Shown: one piece after another, positions 55,016-64,000 of the stretch
How the letters are laid out: every line of letters begins with the position of its first letter
Numbering within the stretch: the first letter of the stretch is position 1
Assembly (NCBI GenBank): GCA_037446695.1
Contig: JBBIHY010000001.1
Coordinates: 67,026 to 131,025 of the forward strand
DNA: 64,000 bases
Direction of reading: 5' to 3'
Source: Bacteroidota bacterium
Lineage (GTDB): Bacteria > Bacteroidota > Bacteroidia > Bacteroidales > PUMT01
Notes under the pieces: model-generated
Seen by the model: the letters and a program-made list of their open reading frames with translations, nothing else
Database searches by the model: none
Told to the model about the DNA's origin: nothing
Position numbers and translations under genes: made by a program

Positions 55016-56703
55016 ATTTTTCTGTTCAGGCCTGGAATAGCATCGATTAGTTTTTTTGTCACTTCGGAAGCCGGAGAGGTAAAGATTTTATCCGCCTCTC
55101 CTTTTTCTTCAATTTTCCCATCATTCATAACGATTATCCGGTCGCTCATATACCTGACCACCGCCAGATCGTGAGAAATAAAAATGTAGGTCAGTCCAAA
55201 TTCATTCTTTAAATCGTTGAGAAGGTTTAGAACCTGAGCCTGCACAGATACATCAAGGGAAGAAACAGACTCATCGCATACGATGATTTCCGGTTCCACA
55301 CACAATGCTCGCGCAATGCCAATTCTTTGCCGCTGGCCACCTGAAAATTCATGTGGATAACGGTCAAAATGTCCTTCATGCAGATTGACCTTTTTTAATA
55401 TTTCTATTACCCTTTCTTTTCTTTGAGCAAAATTACTGAGAATGCCATGAAAAGTCATAGGCTCAATCAGGGCCTCTCCCACGGTGAGTTTTGGATTAAG
55501 AGAGGAGAAGGGATTCTGAAAAATGATTTGAAGATTTTTCCGCAGTTTTCTGAACTTGCCTTCCGGCATGCCTGAAATATTGATACCATTATATATTACC
55601 TGACCCGATTGTGCCTTCACAAGATGCAATATTGTACGTCCAAGGGTTGTTTTTCCGCAACCCGACTCTCCGACTATTCCCAGGGTTTCTCCCTTGTAAA
55701 CTTCAAAGCTCACCTTTTTAACTGCTTCAAGTATTTTTTTGGGTTTTCCCCAGAGGCTTCTTTTGGTAACAAAGGCTGTGGTTAGATCCTTTATTTCAAT
55801 TAAAGGGTTTTTAGAAATAACTGATTTTACTGCCGGCCGGGTAAGGGATTTTTTCAGCCCCCGGGGATTTATGAATTCTTCAATGGTTTTCAGCCGGTAT
55901 GGTTTTTCGGTAAGTGGTGGTTGACAGGCAATCAATCCCTTGGTGTACGATTCAGAAGGATTATTTAGAATCCCGATTACCGTTCCATTTTCAATTATTT
56001 TCCCATTATGCATCACCACCACCTGGTCGGCCATTTCAGAAACAATACCAAGATTATGTGTTACGAACAGCAGACTCATTTCATATTTATGTTGTAACTG
56101 CTTCAGGAGGGCAAGAATCGTTTTTTGCACAGTCACATCAAGTGCAGTGGTTGGCTCATCGGCAATAAGCAGCAGTGGATTGCAAATCATTGCCATGGCA
56201 ATCATTACCCGCTGCCTTTGTCCCCCGGAGAGTTGATGCGGGTAACTATCATAAATATCTTTTAGCCGGGGCAGTTGAACTTCCCTGAATTGTTCAAGTA
56301 CCATTTCCCGTGCAGTTTTTTGAGGAACCTTCTTGTGCTGAAGTAAAACTTCGACTACCTGTGTGCCGCATTTCATTGATGGATTAAGTGATGTCATTGG
56401 CTCCTGAAAAATCATACCAATGTGGTTCCCTCTTACCTTCTGGAAATCCCTTTCATGCAGAGAAAGTAAATTTTGGGGAGATGGACCGTTTTTGTAAAAA
56501 TCAATTCTGCCACCTGTAACTTTTGCTTTTGGTGGTAGCAGGTTCATGATTGCCAGTGATGTAAGGGTTTTCCCCGAACCCGATTCACCCACCAGGGCAA
56601 CGGATTCCCCCCTGTGAATAGAAAAGGAAGCATTTTGAATGACCGGTACCTTGTCTTCAAAAGAAATTGAAAGATTATGGATATCTAAAAGCCGGTCATT
56701 CAT
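55012..56703 (-). CDS. ABC transporter ATP-binding protein with duplicated ATPase domains (oligopeptide/YejF-like)
   Basis: There are two complete ABC cassettes: GESGSGKT...LSGGQRQRVMIA...LIADEPTTALD and GESGCGKT...FSGGQRQRIGIA...IVCDESVSSLD. Confidence 0.9.
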   Translation of the reverse strand: MNDRLLDIHNLSISFEDKVPVIQNASFSIHRGESVALVGESGSGKTLTSLAIMNLLPPKAKVTGGRIDFYKNGPSPQNLLSLHERDFQKVRGNHIGMIFQEPMTSLNPSMKCGTQVVEVLLQHKKVPQKTAREMVLEQFREVQLPRLKDIYDSYPHQLSGGQRQRVMIAMAMICNPLLLIADEPTTALDVTVQKTILALLKQLQHKYEMSLLFVTHNLGIVSEMADQVVVMHNGKIIENGTVIGILNNPSESYTKGLIACQPPLTEKPYRLKTIEEFINPRGLKKSLTRPAVKSVISKNPLIEIKDLTTAFVTKRSLWGKPKKILEAVKKVSFEVYKGETLGIVGESGCGKTTLGRTILHLVKAQSGQVIYNGINISGMPEGKFRKLRKNLQIIFQNPFSSLNPKLTVGEALIEPMTFHGILSNFAQRKERVIEILKKVNLHEGHFDRYPHEFSGGQRQRIGIARALCVEPEIIVCDESVSSLDVSVQAQVLNLLNDLKNEFGLTYIFISHDLAVVRYMSDRIIVMNDGKIEEKGEADKIFTSPASEVTKKLIDAIPGLNRKI

Positions 56704-56713
56704 GATGGGTTAA

Positions 56714-57406
56714 TTACTGGCCAAACACTCTTTTTAACAAATCGGTTACCCTGGCGGCCGGGTCGGCACGTATCAGCTTTTCCTCTTCGGCAACCTTGGT
56801 AAAGAGTGCATTCATTGTTTTTTCCGTTACATATTTAGCCAGATCGGTTTCCACTTTTCTCACAAAGGGTATACGGTTATAGGTAGTAGTGATGTCCCCC
56901 CAGTATCTTGTTGCCTCCACTTTGTTGAGGGCAGACTGAACTTCCGGTTTGAACAGTTCGGCGAGCCGTGATGAGGTTTTGGTTCTGAAATATTCTGTGG
57001 CTGCATTATCCGGGCCTTTCAGAATATTACGGGCATCATCAAAAGTCATTTGCTTTATTGCATCAACAAAGATAGGAGCTGCAAGGGTAACGGCGTTTTC
57101 TGCTCCCCTGTTCATAGTTCTTATAAAATCATCCACCAGCCTGTTCATGCCTAATTCTCTGAGTTTCTCTTCCACAACTTTTGCTTCCTCGGGGAAAGGA
57201 ATTTTAAAAAGGGGATTTCGGTAGAAACCATCTGTTTTTCCAAGAAAGCTGACAGAATTATTTGTTCCAATTTCCAGTGCCTGCTTGAGTCCGGCAACAA
57301 TGTCGCCGGTGGTTAACGGTTGCCGCGAGGGCATTTCAATTTGCTTTAGTACCTCACAACCCGCAAGAGAAATAATCAATAATCCAAAAACAATAAAATT
57401 TTTCAT
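56714..57406 (-). CDS. DUF4197-like lipoprotein
   Basis: It has a lipobox (IISLAGC-E). The pattern ...IVAGLKQALEIGTNNSV..L...DGFYRNPLFKIPFPEE...MNRGAENAV... matches my recollection of DUF4197. Confidence 0.65.
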   Translation of the reverse strand: MKNFIVFGLLIISLAGCEVLKQIEMPSRQPLTTGDIVAGLKQALEIGTNNSVSFLGKTDGFYRNPLFKIPFPEEAKVVEEKLRELGMNRLVDDFIRTMNRGAENAVTLAAPIFVDAIKQMTFDDARNILKGPDNAATEYFRTKTSSRLAELFKPEVQSALNKVEATRYWGDITTTYNRIPFVRKVETDLAKYVTEKTMNALFTKVAEEEKLIRADPAARVTDLLKRVFGQ

Positions 57407-57417
57407 AAAAAGTAGTA

Positions 57418-58797
57418 TTAGTTTGACTGATGATTACCTCTAAACAGTATTTTGACCAGGGCCTCAATTTTTCCGGCAAAAAGGATCTCGATTTTAAACT
57501 TGTCCCTGTTTAGTGACTTATGGTGTGCCGAAGAGAGTACAATTCTTTTGAATCCCAGTTTTTCGGCCTCCGTAATTCTCTGTTCAATCCTGTTTACCGG
57601 CCTAATTTCACCTGACAATCCTACTTCACCTGCAAAACACACCTCGCCTCCAAGGGGAATATCACTGCCCGAAGATAAAATTGAAGCAATTACGGCAAGG
57701 TCAATTGCCGGGTCGGTTACTTTTATTCCACCAGCAATATTCAGGAACACATCTTTTACAGCCAGCCTGAAGCCAGCTCTTTTTTCAAGTACCGCAAGCA
57801 ACATATTCAGCCTGCGTGTATCAAAGCCTGTGGAAGATCGCTGAGGTGTTCCATACGCGGCAGTACTGACCAGGGCCTGAGTTTCAATAAGAAAAGGTCT
57901 GATACCGTCAATAGTTGCAGCAATAGCAATTCCGCTTAAATCCTCTTCGTGCTGGTTAATCAATATTTCTGAAGGATTTAGCACCTCCCGCAAACCGCTG
58001 TTCTGCATTTCAAAAATCCCAAGTTCGGAAGTGGCCCCAAAACGGTTTTTGCTTGCACGCAGGATTCTGTAAACATGATTTTGATCTCCCTCAAACTGAA
58101 GAACGGTATCCACGATATGTTCCAATACTTTTGGTCCGGCAAGACTTCCTTCCTTGGTGATATGCCCAATGAGAAAAACCGGAGTTGCAGTTTCTTTTGC
58201 AAACTTCAATAGCCCGGCTGCGCATTCTCTTACCTGTGATACACTTCCAGGGGAGGATTCAATGACATCAGTAAAAAGAGTTTGAATAGAGTCAATAATT
58301 ACAATATCCGGTTCCAGGTCCCTCAGATAGTGATGGATTTTTTCAAAAGATGTTTCGCACAGAATATAACAGTTGGAGTTGGTTTGTCCCAGTCGGTTTG
58401 CCCGCAATTTTATTTGCTGAAGGCTTTCTTCGCCTGAAATATAAAGTGATTTGAATTCTGAAAGTTTCAAAGCAATCTGAAGTGCCAGGGTTGATTTTCC
58501 TATACCAGGCTCTCCACCAATAAGAACAACAGAGCCGGGTACCAAACCACCTCCGAGTATCCTGTTCAATTCAGTGTTTTTAGTATCGATCCTTGTTTCA
58601 GCATCTCCTGATATTTCACCAAGCAGGTGTGGCTTTGCTTCGGTTGTCCTTACCGAAGGTTTCATTGATCCTCCTGATTTCTCAATGATTTCCTCAATAT
58701 AAGTATTCCATTCGCCACAGGAGGGGCAGCGGCCAATCCATTTTGCAGCTTCTGTCCCGCAGTTCTGGCATACATATACTGTTTTTAATTTTGCCAT
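57418..58797 (-). CDS. radA: DNA repair protein RadA
   Basis: It has an N-terminal zinc ribbon (CQNCGTEAAKWIGRCPSCGEWNT), Walker A (GGEPGIGKST), a KNRFG motif and a Lon-like C-terminal domain. Confidence 0.95.
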   Translation of the reverse strand: MAKLKTVYVCQNCGTEAAKWIGRCPSCGEWNTYIEEIIEKSGGSMKPSVRTTEAKPHLLGEISGDAETRIDTKNTELNRILGGGLVPGSVVLIGGEPGIGKSTLALQIALKLSEFKSLYISGEESLQQIKLRANRLGQTNSNCYILCETSFEKIHHYLRDLEPDIVIIDSIQTLFTDVIESSPGSVSQVRECAAGLLKFAKETATPVFLIGHITKEGSLAGPKVLEHIVDTVLQFEGDQNHVYRILRASKNRFGATSELGIFEMQNSGLREVLNPSEILINQHEEDLSGIAIAATIDGIRPFLIETQALVSTAAYGTPQRSSTGFDTRRLNMLLAVLEKRAGFRLAVKDVFLNIAGGIKVTDPAIDLAVIASILSSGSDIPLGGEVCFAGEVGLSGEIRPVNRIEQRITEAEKLGFKRIVLSSAHHKSLNRDKFKIEILFAGKIEALVKILFRGNHQSN

Positions 58798-58897
58798 TAT
58801 GAAGAATTCATGAGAGTTTAACCAAAAGTAATCATAATCTTTTCAATGCAAAAGATATGAATTTTTTTTGAGAGGTATTATTTCAGTCCTTTGACAC

Positions 58898-59917
58898 TCA
58901 ATTGCCTGCAGGAGAATTGGTTTTTTTTGAGGAGAGAAAAATATACAGGAAGGATACCGTTCCCAGAAAGATGGTCATTATTGCCTGTGATTCATGCGAT
59001 ACGGTAGCAAAGATCAGTCCCTCTTCCCTGCTTGTGCCATAAAGAGTGAGTCCAAGCGAAACAATCCAGTGATAGGCACCAATTCCCCCCTGCACCGGCA
59101 AAGACATGCCAATTCCCCCAATCACCATAAGAAAAAGTGCATCTATGGGATTTAGATGACTGGTAAAATCCAGTGCAAAGAACAAAACATAGGTCATTGC
59201 AAAATACATGAACCACATGAGTACAGTATGGGCAAGAAATTTCCACTTTCCTCTCATGGTAATGATAGTTTTCATTCCCGAAAGGATTCCTTTTTTGATA
59301 GAACTCAACTTACGGAAGAACAAATACTTGTGGAGGTAATCCCTGAATAGCCGATAAATAAGGTATAAGGCAGGTAAAATCACCAAGGCGATTAACCAAA
59401 GGAATCCGGGAAGTCCGAAGAAAGAATAAAACCTGCTTAACAGTGGCTCAAAAATATTTTTTGTTAAAAATTCTCCGAAAAACTGGATTTTTGCCACGAA
59501 AATGAATAGTACCATCAGGAAGAGAACGATTAGGTCCGAAACCCTCTCTGCTATTACCGTTCCAAGCAAAGAATCCACCGGTATTTTGTCCGTTTTGTTC
59601 AGGGAACCGCAACGTGTTACTTCTCCAAGCCTTGGAAAAGCAAAGTTTGCCAGGTACCCAGCCATCAGTGCAAAATAAGTATTCAATGCCGATGGTTCAT
59701 AGCCAAGTGGTTTAATCAGCAATCTCCACCTGTACGCCCGGCTGATAGAAGCAATACCCGCAAAAACTAGAGAGAGAAAAACCCAGGATATTCTGGTTGT
59801 TTTCAATCCCTCCCAAAGTTCATGAAATCCAACATCTTTGAAGGCAAAATACAGAAGCAGGCATCCGAGGGAAAGAAAGAATAAGAAGCTAATAACTCTA
59901 AAGATCCGGGATTTCAA
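58898..59917 (-). CDS. Flippase-like (lysylphosphatidylglycerol synthase TM region / UPF0104) membrane protein
   Basis: It has about eight TM helices. The N-terminal segment (RAYRWRLLIKPLGY...) is typical of the UPF0104 family. Confidence 0.65.
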   Translation of the reverse strand: MKSRIFRVISFLFFLSLGCLLLYFAFKDVGFHELWEGLKTTRISWVFLSLVFAGIASISRAYRWRLLIKPLGYEPSALNTYFALMAGYLANFAFPRLGEVTRCGSLNKTDKIPVDSLLGTVIAERVSDLIVLFLMVLFIFVAKIQFFGEFLTKNIFEPLLSRFYSFFGLPGFLWLIALVILPALYLIYRLFRDYLHKYLFFRKLSSIKKGILSGMKTIITMRGKWKFLAHTVLMWFMYFAMTYVLFFALDFTSHLNPIDALFLMVIGGIGMSLPVQGGIGAYHWIVSLGLTLYGTSREEGLIFATVSHESQAIMTIFLGTVSFLYIFLSSKKTNSPAGN

Positions 59918-59922
59918 GGTAA

Positions 59923-60276
59923 TCAGGGAATGAGTGAATTGGTTGCAGTGTCGGGGAAAATAAGGGCAGGTTGAAATTTTTTGGCTTCTTCAAATTCCAT
60001 GATTGCATAAGAAACAATGATGATGATATCGCCTGGTGTTACTTTTCTTGCCGCCGGGCCATTGAGTGAAATTTCCCCTGAACCCCTGGGTCCTTTGATT
60101 ACATAAGTATCAAGCCGCTCACCATTATTAATGTTTAAAACCTGCACTTTTTCGTTTTCGATCAGGTTTGCTGCATCCATCAAATCCTCATCAATCGATA
60201 TACTTCCAACATAATTCAGGTCGGCACCGGTAACTGTTACCCTGTGGATTTTTGACTTAACAATTTCGATCAACAT
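59923..60276 (-). CDS. panD: Aspartate 1-decarboxylase
   Basis: [29 protein letters not shown] contains the Gly-Ser self-processing site. The length is 117 aa. Confidence 0.95.
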   Translation of the reverse strand: MLIEIVKSKIHRVTVTGADLNYVGSISIDEDLMDAANLIENEKVQVLNINNGERLDTYVIKGPRGSGEISLNGPAARKVTPGDIIIIVSYAIMEFEEAKKFQPALIFPDTATNSLIP

Positions 60277-60291
60277 AACGGGGCAAAAGTA

Positions 60292-61131
60292 TTAAAAAAA
60301 TCTGATATTGTCTATCAATCTGACTTCTCCTGCAAAAACGGCAATGCATCCAACGGGCTTTTCACTATCCTCCCATGAGGAAAGGGGCTGCAGATTTCCA
60401 AAGTCAACAACCTCAAAGTATTCAACCCGTAAGTTACTATCAGAATTCACTTCATTAATTACCCATTGAGTAAGATCATTTAATTGCATGTTTGTTCTTC
60501 TTAATGCTTCAAACAAAGTTTTTGAAATATGGGAAGCACTTTTTCTGTGCCCAAAGCTAAGAAGTTTGTTTCTGGAACTCATTGCAAGACCATCTGCTTC
60601 GCGTATGATGGGGCATGGAATGATTTCAACAGGCTGATTGAGCTGTTTTACAAGGGCCTTAATAATGGCAAGTTGCTGAAAATCCTTTTCTCCAAAATAA
60701 GCTTTATCCGGCTTAACAATTTCAAAAAGTCGGCTTACAACCTGGGCTACACCATTAAAATGCCCGGGCCTGTATTTCCCTTCCATCACTTTATCCAGGT
60801 ATCCAAAATCAAATACTCTTTTGTCGGGTTCCGGGTAGATTTCTTCAGCCCTTGGAACAAATACCAAATCACACCCTGCTTCAGTCAGCAACTTTAAGTC
60901 TTCTTCCAGGGTTCTTGGATATCGTAAGAGATCCTCAGGGTTGTTAAACTGGTTTGGATTAACAAAAATGCTACACACGGTTTTCTCATTATCAGCAAGG
61001 GATTCGTCTATGAGAGAAATATGTCCTTTGTGCAGAGCTCCCATAGTAGGCACGAAACCAATGGATTTTCCTGTCTTGCGGTGGTCAAACAAGCTTCTTT
61101 GTAAACCGGTAATCGTTTCAAATATTTCCAT
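60292..61131 (-). CDS. panC: Pantoate--beta-alanine ligase
   Basis: GFVPTMGALHKGHISL (HxGH motif) and the conserved ...YFGEKDFQQ... and ...READGLAMSSRN... blocks are present. The start is taken at the ATG at 61131 (MEIFETI...) rather than the upstream TTG at 61155. Confidence 0.93.
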   Translation of the reverse strand: MEIFETITGLQRSLFDHRKTGKSIGFVPTMGALHKGHISLIDESLADNEKTVCSIFVNPNQFNNPEDLLRYPRTLEEDLKLLTEAGCDLVFVPRAEEIYPEPDKRVFDFGYLDKVMEGKYRPGHFNGVAQVVSRLFEIVKPDKAYFGEKDFQQLAIIKALVKQLNQPVEIIPCPIIREADGLAMSSRNKLLSFGHRKSASHISKTLFEALRRTNMQLNDLTQWVINEVNSDSNLRVEYFEVVDFGNLQPLSSWEDSEKPVGCIAVFAGEVRLIDNIRFF

Positions 61132-61253
61132 AAATACGGATTGGTATTTACCCAACTGATAATTTCAGAGACAATGAATGTAAGAACCCGGAATTTAAAA
61201 ATAATGATTATTTACTATCTTTGTAGCTTAATTCTACAAATTTAGGTGCCTTA

Positions 61254-62072
61254 ATGGAAAAGACAAAGGTCTTGTATATTTCTCAGGAAATTACTCCTTA
61301 TCTGCCAGAAAGCGAAATGTCTTTAAAAAGCCGTTACCTTCCCCAGGGTATTCAGGAGAGGGGAATGGAAATTAGGACTTTTATGCCCCGGTTTGGATGT
61401 ATCAATGAAAGAAGAAACCAGCTTCATGAAGTTATCAGGCTTTCGGGAATGAATCTCATTATTGATGATACTGACCACCCCCTGATAATAAAGGTTGCTT
61501 CCATTCAATGCGCACGCATGCAGGTTTATTTTATCGATAATGAAGATTATTTTCAGAGGAAGAATTCCCTTGCTGATGAAGAAGGGAATTTTTTTAAGGA
61601 CAATGATGAAAGAGCCATCTTTTTTGCAAGAGGTGTACTTGAAACTGTAAAAAAATTGAGATGGAAGCCCGATATTGTCCATTGCCACGGCTGGTTTTCT
61701 TCCCTGATTCCTCTTTACCTGAAGAAAGCATACAATGAAGATCCCTTATTTGCTGATGCAAGAATTATTTACTCCATTTATCACGATGATTTTTCCGAAA
61801 TTTTCGGGAAATCCTTTAGGAAGAAGATACTGGTGGAGGGAATTAGCGAAAAGGATCTGACCCTTCTTAATACTCCGGATTATCTCAATATCAGTAAGTT
61901 GGCGATAAACAATTCTGACGGAATTATTATCGGCAGTCTTGGCGTTAATCCTGAATTGTTGAATTATTTGAAAAAAAACAAGAAACCATACCTCGATTAT
62001 CAGGAAGACAACGTTTATATTGACGAATATTCCGACTTTTACGACAAAATTCTTAATGATAAAATTGCATGA
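61254..62072 (+). CDS. Glycogen/starch synthase-like protein (short Bacteroidota form)
   Basis: KVLYISQEITPYLPES......RYLPQGIQERGMEIRTFMPRFG.INERRNQLHEVIRLSG resembles the starch-synthase catalytic-domain N-terminus found in ~270-aa Bacteroidota proteins. Confidence 0.7.
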   Translation: MEKTKVLYISQEITPYLPESEMSLKSRYLPQGIQERGMEIRTFMPRFGCINERRNQLHEVIRLSGMNLIIDDTDHPLIIKVASIQCARMQVYFIDNEDYFQRKNSLADEEGNFFKDNDERAIFFARGVLETVKKLRWKPDIVHCHGWFSSLIPLYLKKAYNEDPLFADARIIYSIYHDDFSEIFGKSFRKKILVEGISEKDLTLLNTPDYLNISKLAINNSDGIIIGSLGVNPELLNYLKKNKKPYLDYQEDNVYIDEYSDFYDKILNDKIA

Positions 62073-63388
62073 TCTCAGATAAACTCTCACGCAGGAAGCA
62101 AACCCAATCCTTTTTTAAACGCCGATTTCTTATACTTCTTTCCGGGATACTTTTCAGTCTCATATTCATTTTTGGATGTCACGATGAACCGGGTTTTATA
62201 GGTTTGGAAATCCTACCTGATAATGATAAACCAAGGGTAAACTTTTCAAGATCTACAATCCTGAAAGGGTTTACTTACAGTATAGATTCGCTTCAGTCAA
62301 GCAATTATTCCCTGCAGTTACTTGGAGAGGTTAATGATCCGGTTTTTGGTCATTCACAGCCTAGTTTTTTTTCCAGAATGATAATGTCCAGTTACGGTTA
62401 CAATTTTGGCAGTAATCCAACATTGGATTCGGTATTTCTTTATATGCACTTAGGAGGTATATATGGTAACAAGTCCTCCTCTCTTGAAATAAATATTTTT
62501 GAACTTATTGACACTATTTACTTTGATTCTGCCTATTATGACAATTTTAACCCATCTGGTTTTTATAATCCGGCAAATCCTGTTGCAACTTTTATATACA
62601 CTCCAGGTGAGAATGATACCATTTTAAAAATTCCGATAACAAATTCCCAATTTAATAACCGGCTTTTTGAAATAGATTCAGCCTCAAAGGCCAATGACAG
62701 AAATTTTCAAAAGTATTTTTTAGGCTTATATGTTACAGCTCAGAGCCTGGTTGACCCGGGAATGATATTAACTATAAACCTAAGTTCTTTTAATTCCAGA
62801 ATAGTTCTTCACTATCACAATGATAAAGATCCTACTTTGGCATTTAATTATTTTTTTGGAAGTTTTGTACCCAAGATAAATTTATTCAGGCATGATTATT
62901 CATCCACAGTTTTTTATCCAAAACTCAATCAGGCCGCCATTCAGGACTCTGTAATTTATCTGCAGTCTATGGGTGGGCTATCTGCAAGAATTCAATCTGA
63001 AAATTTGAAAAACTGGAGAGATTCTCTTCCGGTAGCAATTAACCGGGCCAGGTTAATTTTACCTGTTGAGGAATTAGACCTCACCGCTGGTGTCTTTAGC
63101 CGACCTGTTAAATTGGTATTGTTACGAAAGGATGTTGATGGAAAATACCAGGTAATTTCTGATAATGATATTGGATTGAATTATTTTGGAGGTGGTTATA
63201 ATGCGGAGTTAAAAGCATATACTTTTAATATTACCAGAGAAATACAGAAAATTGCCAATGGCACTTCGGATGAATTAAATTTGTATTTACTTGTAAACGA
63301 CCAAATTACTACTCCCAACAGGGTAGTGCTTACCTCTGGAAGTCATTCACGGCCAATTAGACTTGAGATTACTTACCAAAGGTTTTAA
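62069..63388 (+). CDS. DUF4270-like lipoprotein
   Basis: It has a lipobox-like FIFGC-H. The segment ...LLGEVNDPVFGHSQPSFFSR... resembles DUF4270. Its conserved position between the short glycogen-synthase-like gene and glmS also supports the call. Confidence 0.6.
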   Translation: MISDKLSRRKQTQSFFKRRFLILLSGILFSLIFIFGCHDEPGFIGLEILPDNDKPRVNFSRSTILKGFTYSIDSLQSSNYSLQLLGEVNDPVFGHSQPSFFSRMIMSSYGYNFGSNPTLDSVFLYMHLGGIYGNKSSSLEINIFELIDTIYFDSAYYDNFNPSGFYNPANPVATFIYTPGENDTILKIPITNSQFNNRLFEIDSASKANDRNFQKYFLGLYVTAQSLVDPGMILTINLSSFNSRIVLHYHNDKDPTLAFNYFFGSFVPKINLFRHDYSSTVFYPKLNQAAIQDSVIYLQSMGGLSARIQSENLKNWRDSLPVAINRARLILPVEELDLTAGVFSRPVKLVLLRKDVDGKYQVISDNDIGLNYFGGGYNAELKAYTFNITREIQKIANGTSDELNLYLLVNDQITTPNRVVLTSGSHSRPIRLEITYQRF

Positions 63389-63392
63389 TTTT

Positions 63393-64000
63393 ATGTGTGG
63401 CATAGTTGGCTATATTGGAAGGAAAAACGCTTACCCTATTCTGATTAATGGTTTAAAACGGTTAGAATATCGTGGCTATGATTCAGCCGGGATTGCCCTT
63501 CTGAATGGGGAGACATTTGTTTTCAAGAAAAAAGGGAAAGTTTCCGATCTTGAGAATCATGTAAAAGGTAAGAATCTCGAAGGGACAGTGGGTATGGGGC
63601 ACACCAGGTGGGCAACCCACGGAGAACCCAGCGATGTTAACTCCCATCCGCATCTTTCGCAGAACGGTCATTTTGCACTTATTCACAATGGTATAATTGA
63701 GAATTATGCACGACTCAAGAAAAGGCTGGAAGATCGGGGGTATGAGTTCCAAAGCGAAACCGATACCGAAGTACTCGTAAATCTTATTGAATATATTTAC
63801 CTGAAGGGAAATGTTTCAGCAGAGGTAGCTGTTCGACTTGCACTTACCAAGGTTGTAGGGGCATATGGCCTCGTAATTATGTGCAGGGATGAGCCGGAGC
63901 AATTAATTGCTGCCAGAAACAGCAGTCCTTTAGTTGTTGGAATAGGAGATGGAGAATATTTTCTCGCTTCTGATGCCACACCCATTGTAGAATACACAAA
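63393..64000 (+). CDS. glmS: Glutamine--fructose-6-phosphate aminotransferase (3' partial, runs off the window)
   Basis: MCGIVGYIGRKNAYPILINGLKRLEYRGYDSAGIA...GHTRWATHG...SHPH...HNGIIENY is the canonical GlmS N-terminal glutaminase domain. It is not in the ORF track because no stop codon is reached. Confidence 0.95.
   Translation, partial: MCGIVGYIGRKNAYPILINGLKRLEYRGYDSAGIALLNGETFVFKKKGKVSDLENHVKGKNLEGTVGMGHTRWATHGEPSDVNSHPHLSQNGHFALIHNGIIENYARLKKRLEDRGYEFQSETDTEVLVNLIEYIYLKGNVSAEVAVRLALTKVVGAYGLVIMCRDEPEQLIAARNSSPLVVGIGDGEYFLASDATPIVEYT

Noticed and set aside
1-64000. I looked for CRISPR arrays, tRNA/rRNA/tmRNA genes, prophage or integrase genes, and toxin-antitoxin or other recognisable defence systems.
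   Set aside because: I found no regularly spaced direct repeats outside the adhesin coding repeats. There are no GGTTCGAATCC-type T-arm sequences and no integrase, restriction, Cas or toxin-like translations. Their absence is reported instead of a forced call.

Overview
This is a 64-kb, densely coding chromosomal window (about 55 CDS) from a Bacteroidota genome. The lineage call rests on several features: a complete porP-gldK-gldL-gldM-gldN type IX secretion/gliding core (42.9-48.8 kb), gldA, and two PorP/SprF genes. It also rests on a giant SprB-repeat adhesin with a type-B T9SS C-terminal domain (5' partial, 1-4596), rpoN, TAnnTTTG-type promoter boxes and many Bacteroidota-typical DUF families. 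Housekeeping genes present are asnS, metK, topA, a class A PBP, radA, panC, panD and glmS (3' partial). The content most worth a second look is: (1) a ~100-nt inverted-repeat element shared, in the same gene-relative orientation, by the upstream regions of two unrelated genes (28.4 kb and 39.9-40.0 kb); (2) a six-gene operon of a psrABC-like molybdoenzyme, split YeeE/YedE and a rhodanese-like protein (31.2-36.7 kb). That rhodanese lacks the catalytic-loop Cys, and its only Cys is the C-terminal residue of a ...GGC tail; (3) an adjacent, tightly coupled operon encoding a PLP enzyme, a P-loop NTPase and a polytopic membrane protein (37.0-39.9 kb); (4) three decayed loci: an aminotransferase pseudogene, an IS1595-like transposase remnant, and a truncated and frameshifted outer-membrane protein gene. 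I saw no rRNA, tRNA, CRISPR array or recognisable defence system. All calls were made by eye from the ORF translations and the nucleotide sequence. No database or covariance-model searches were run.
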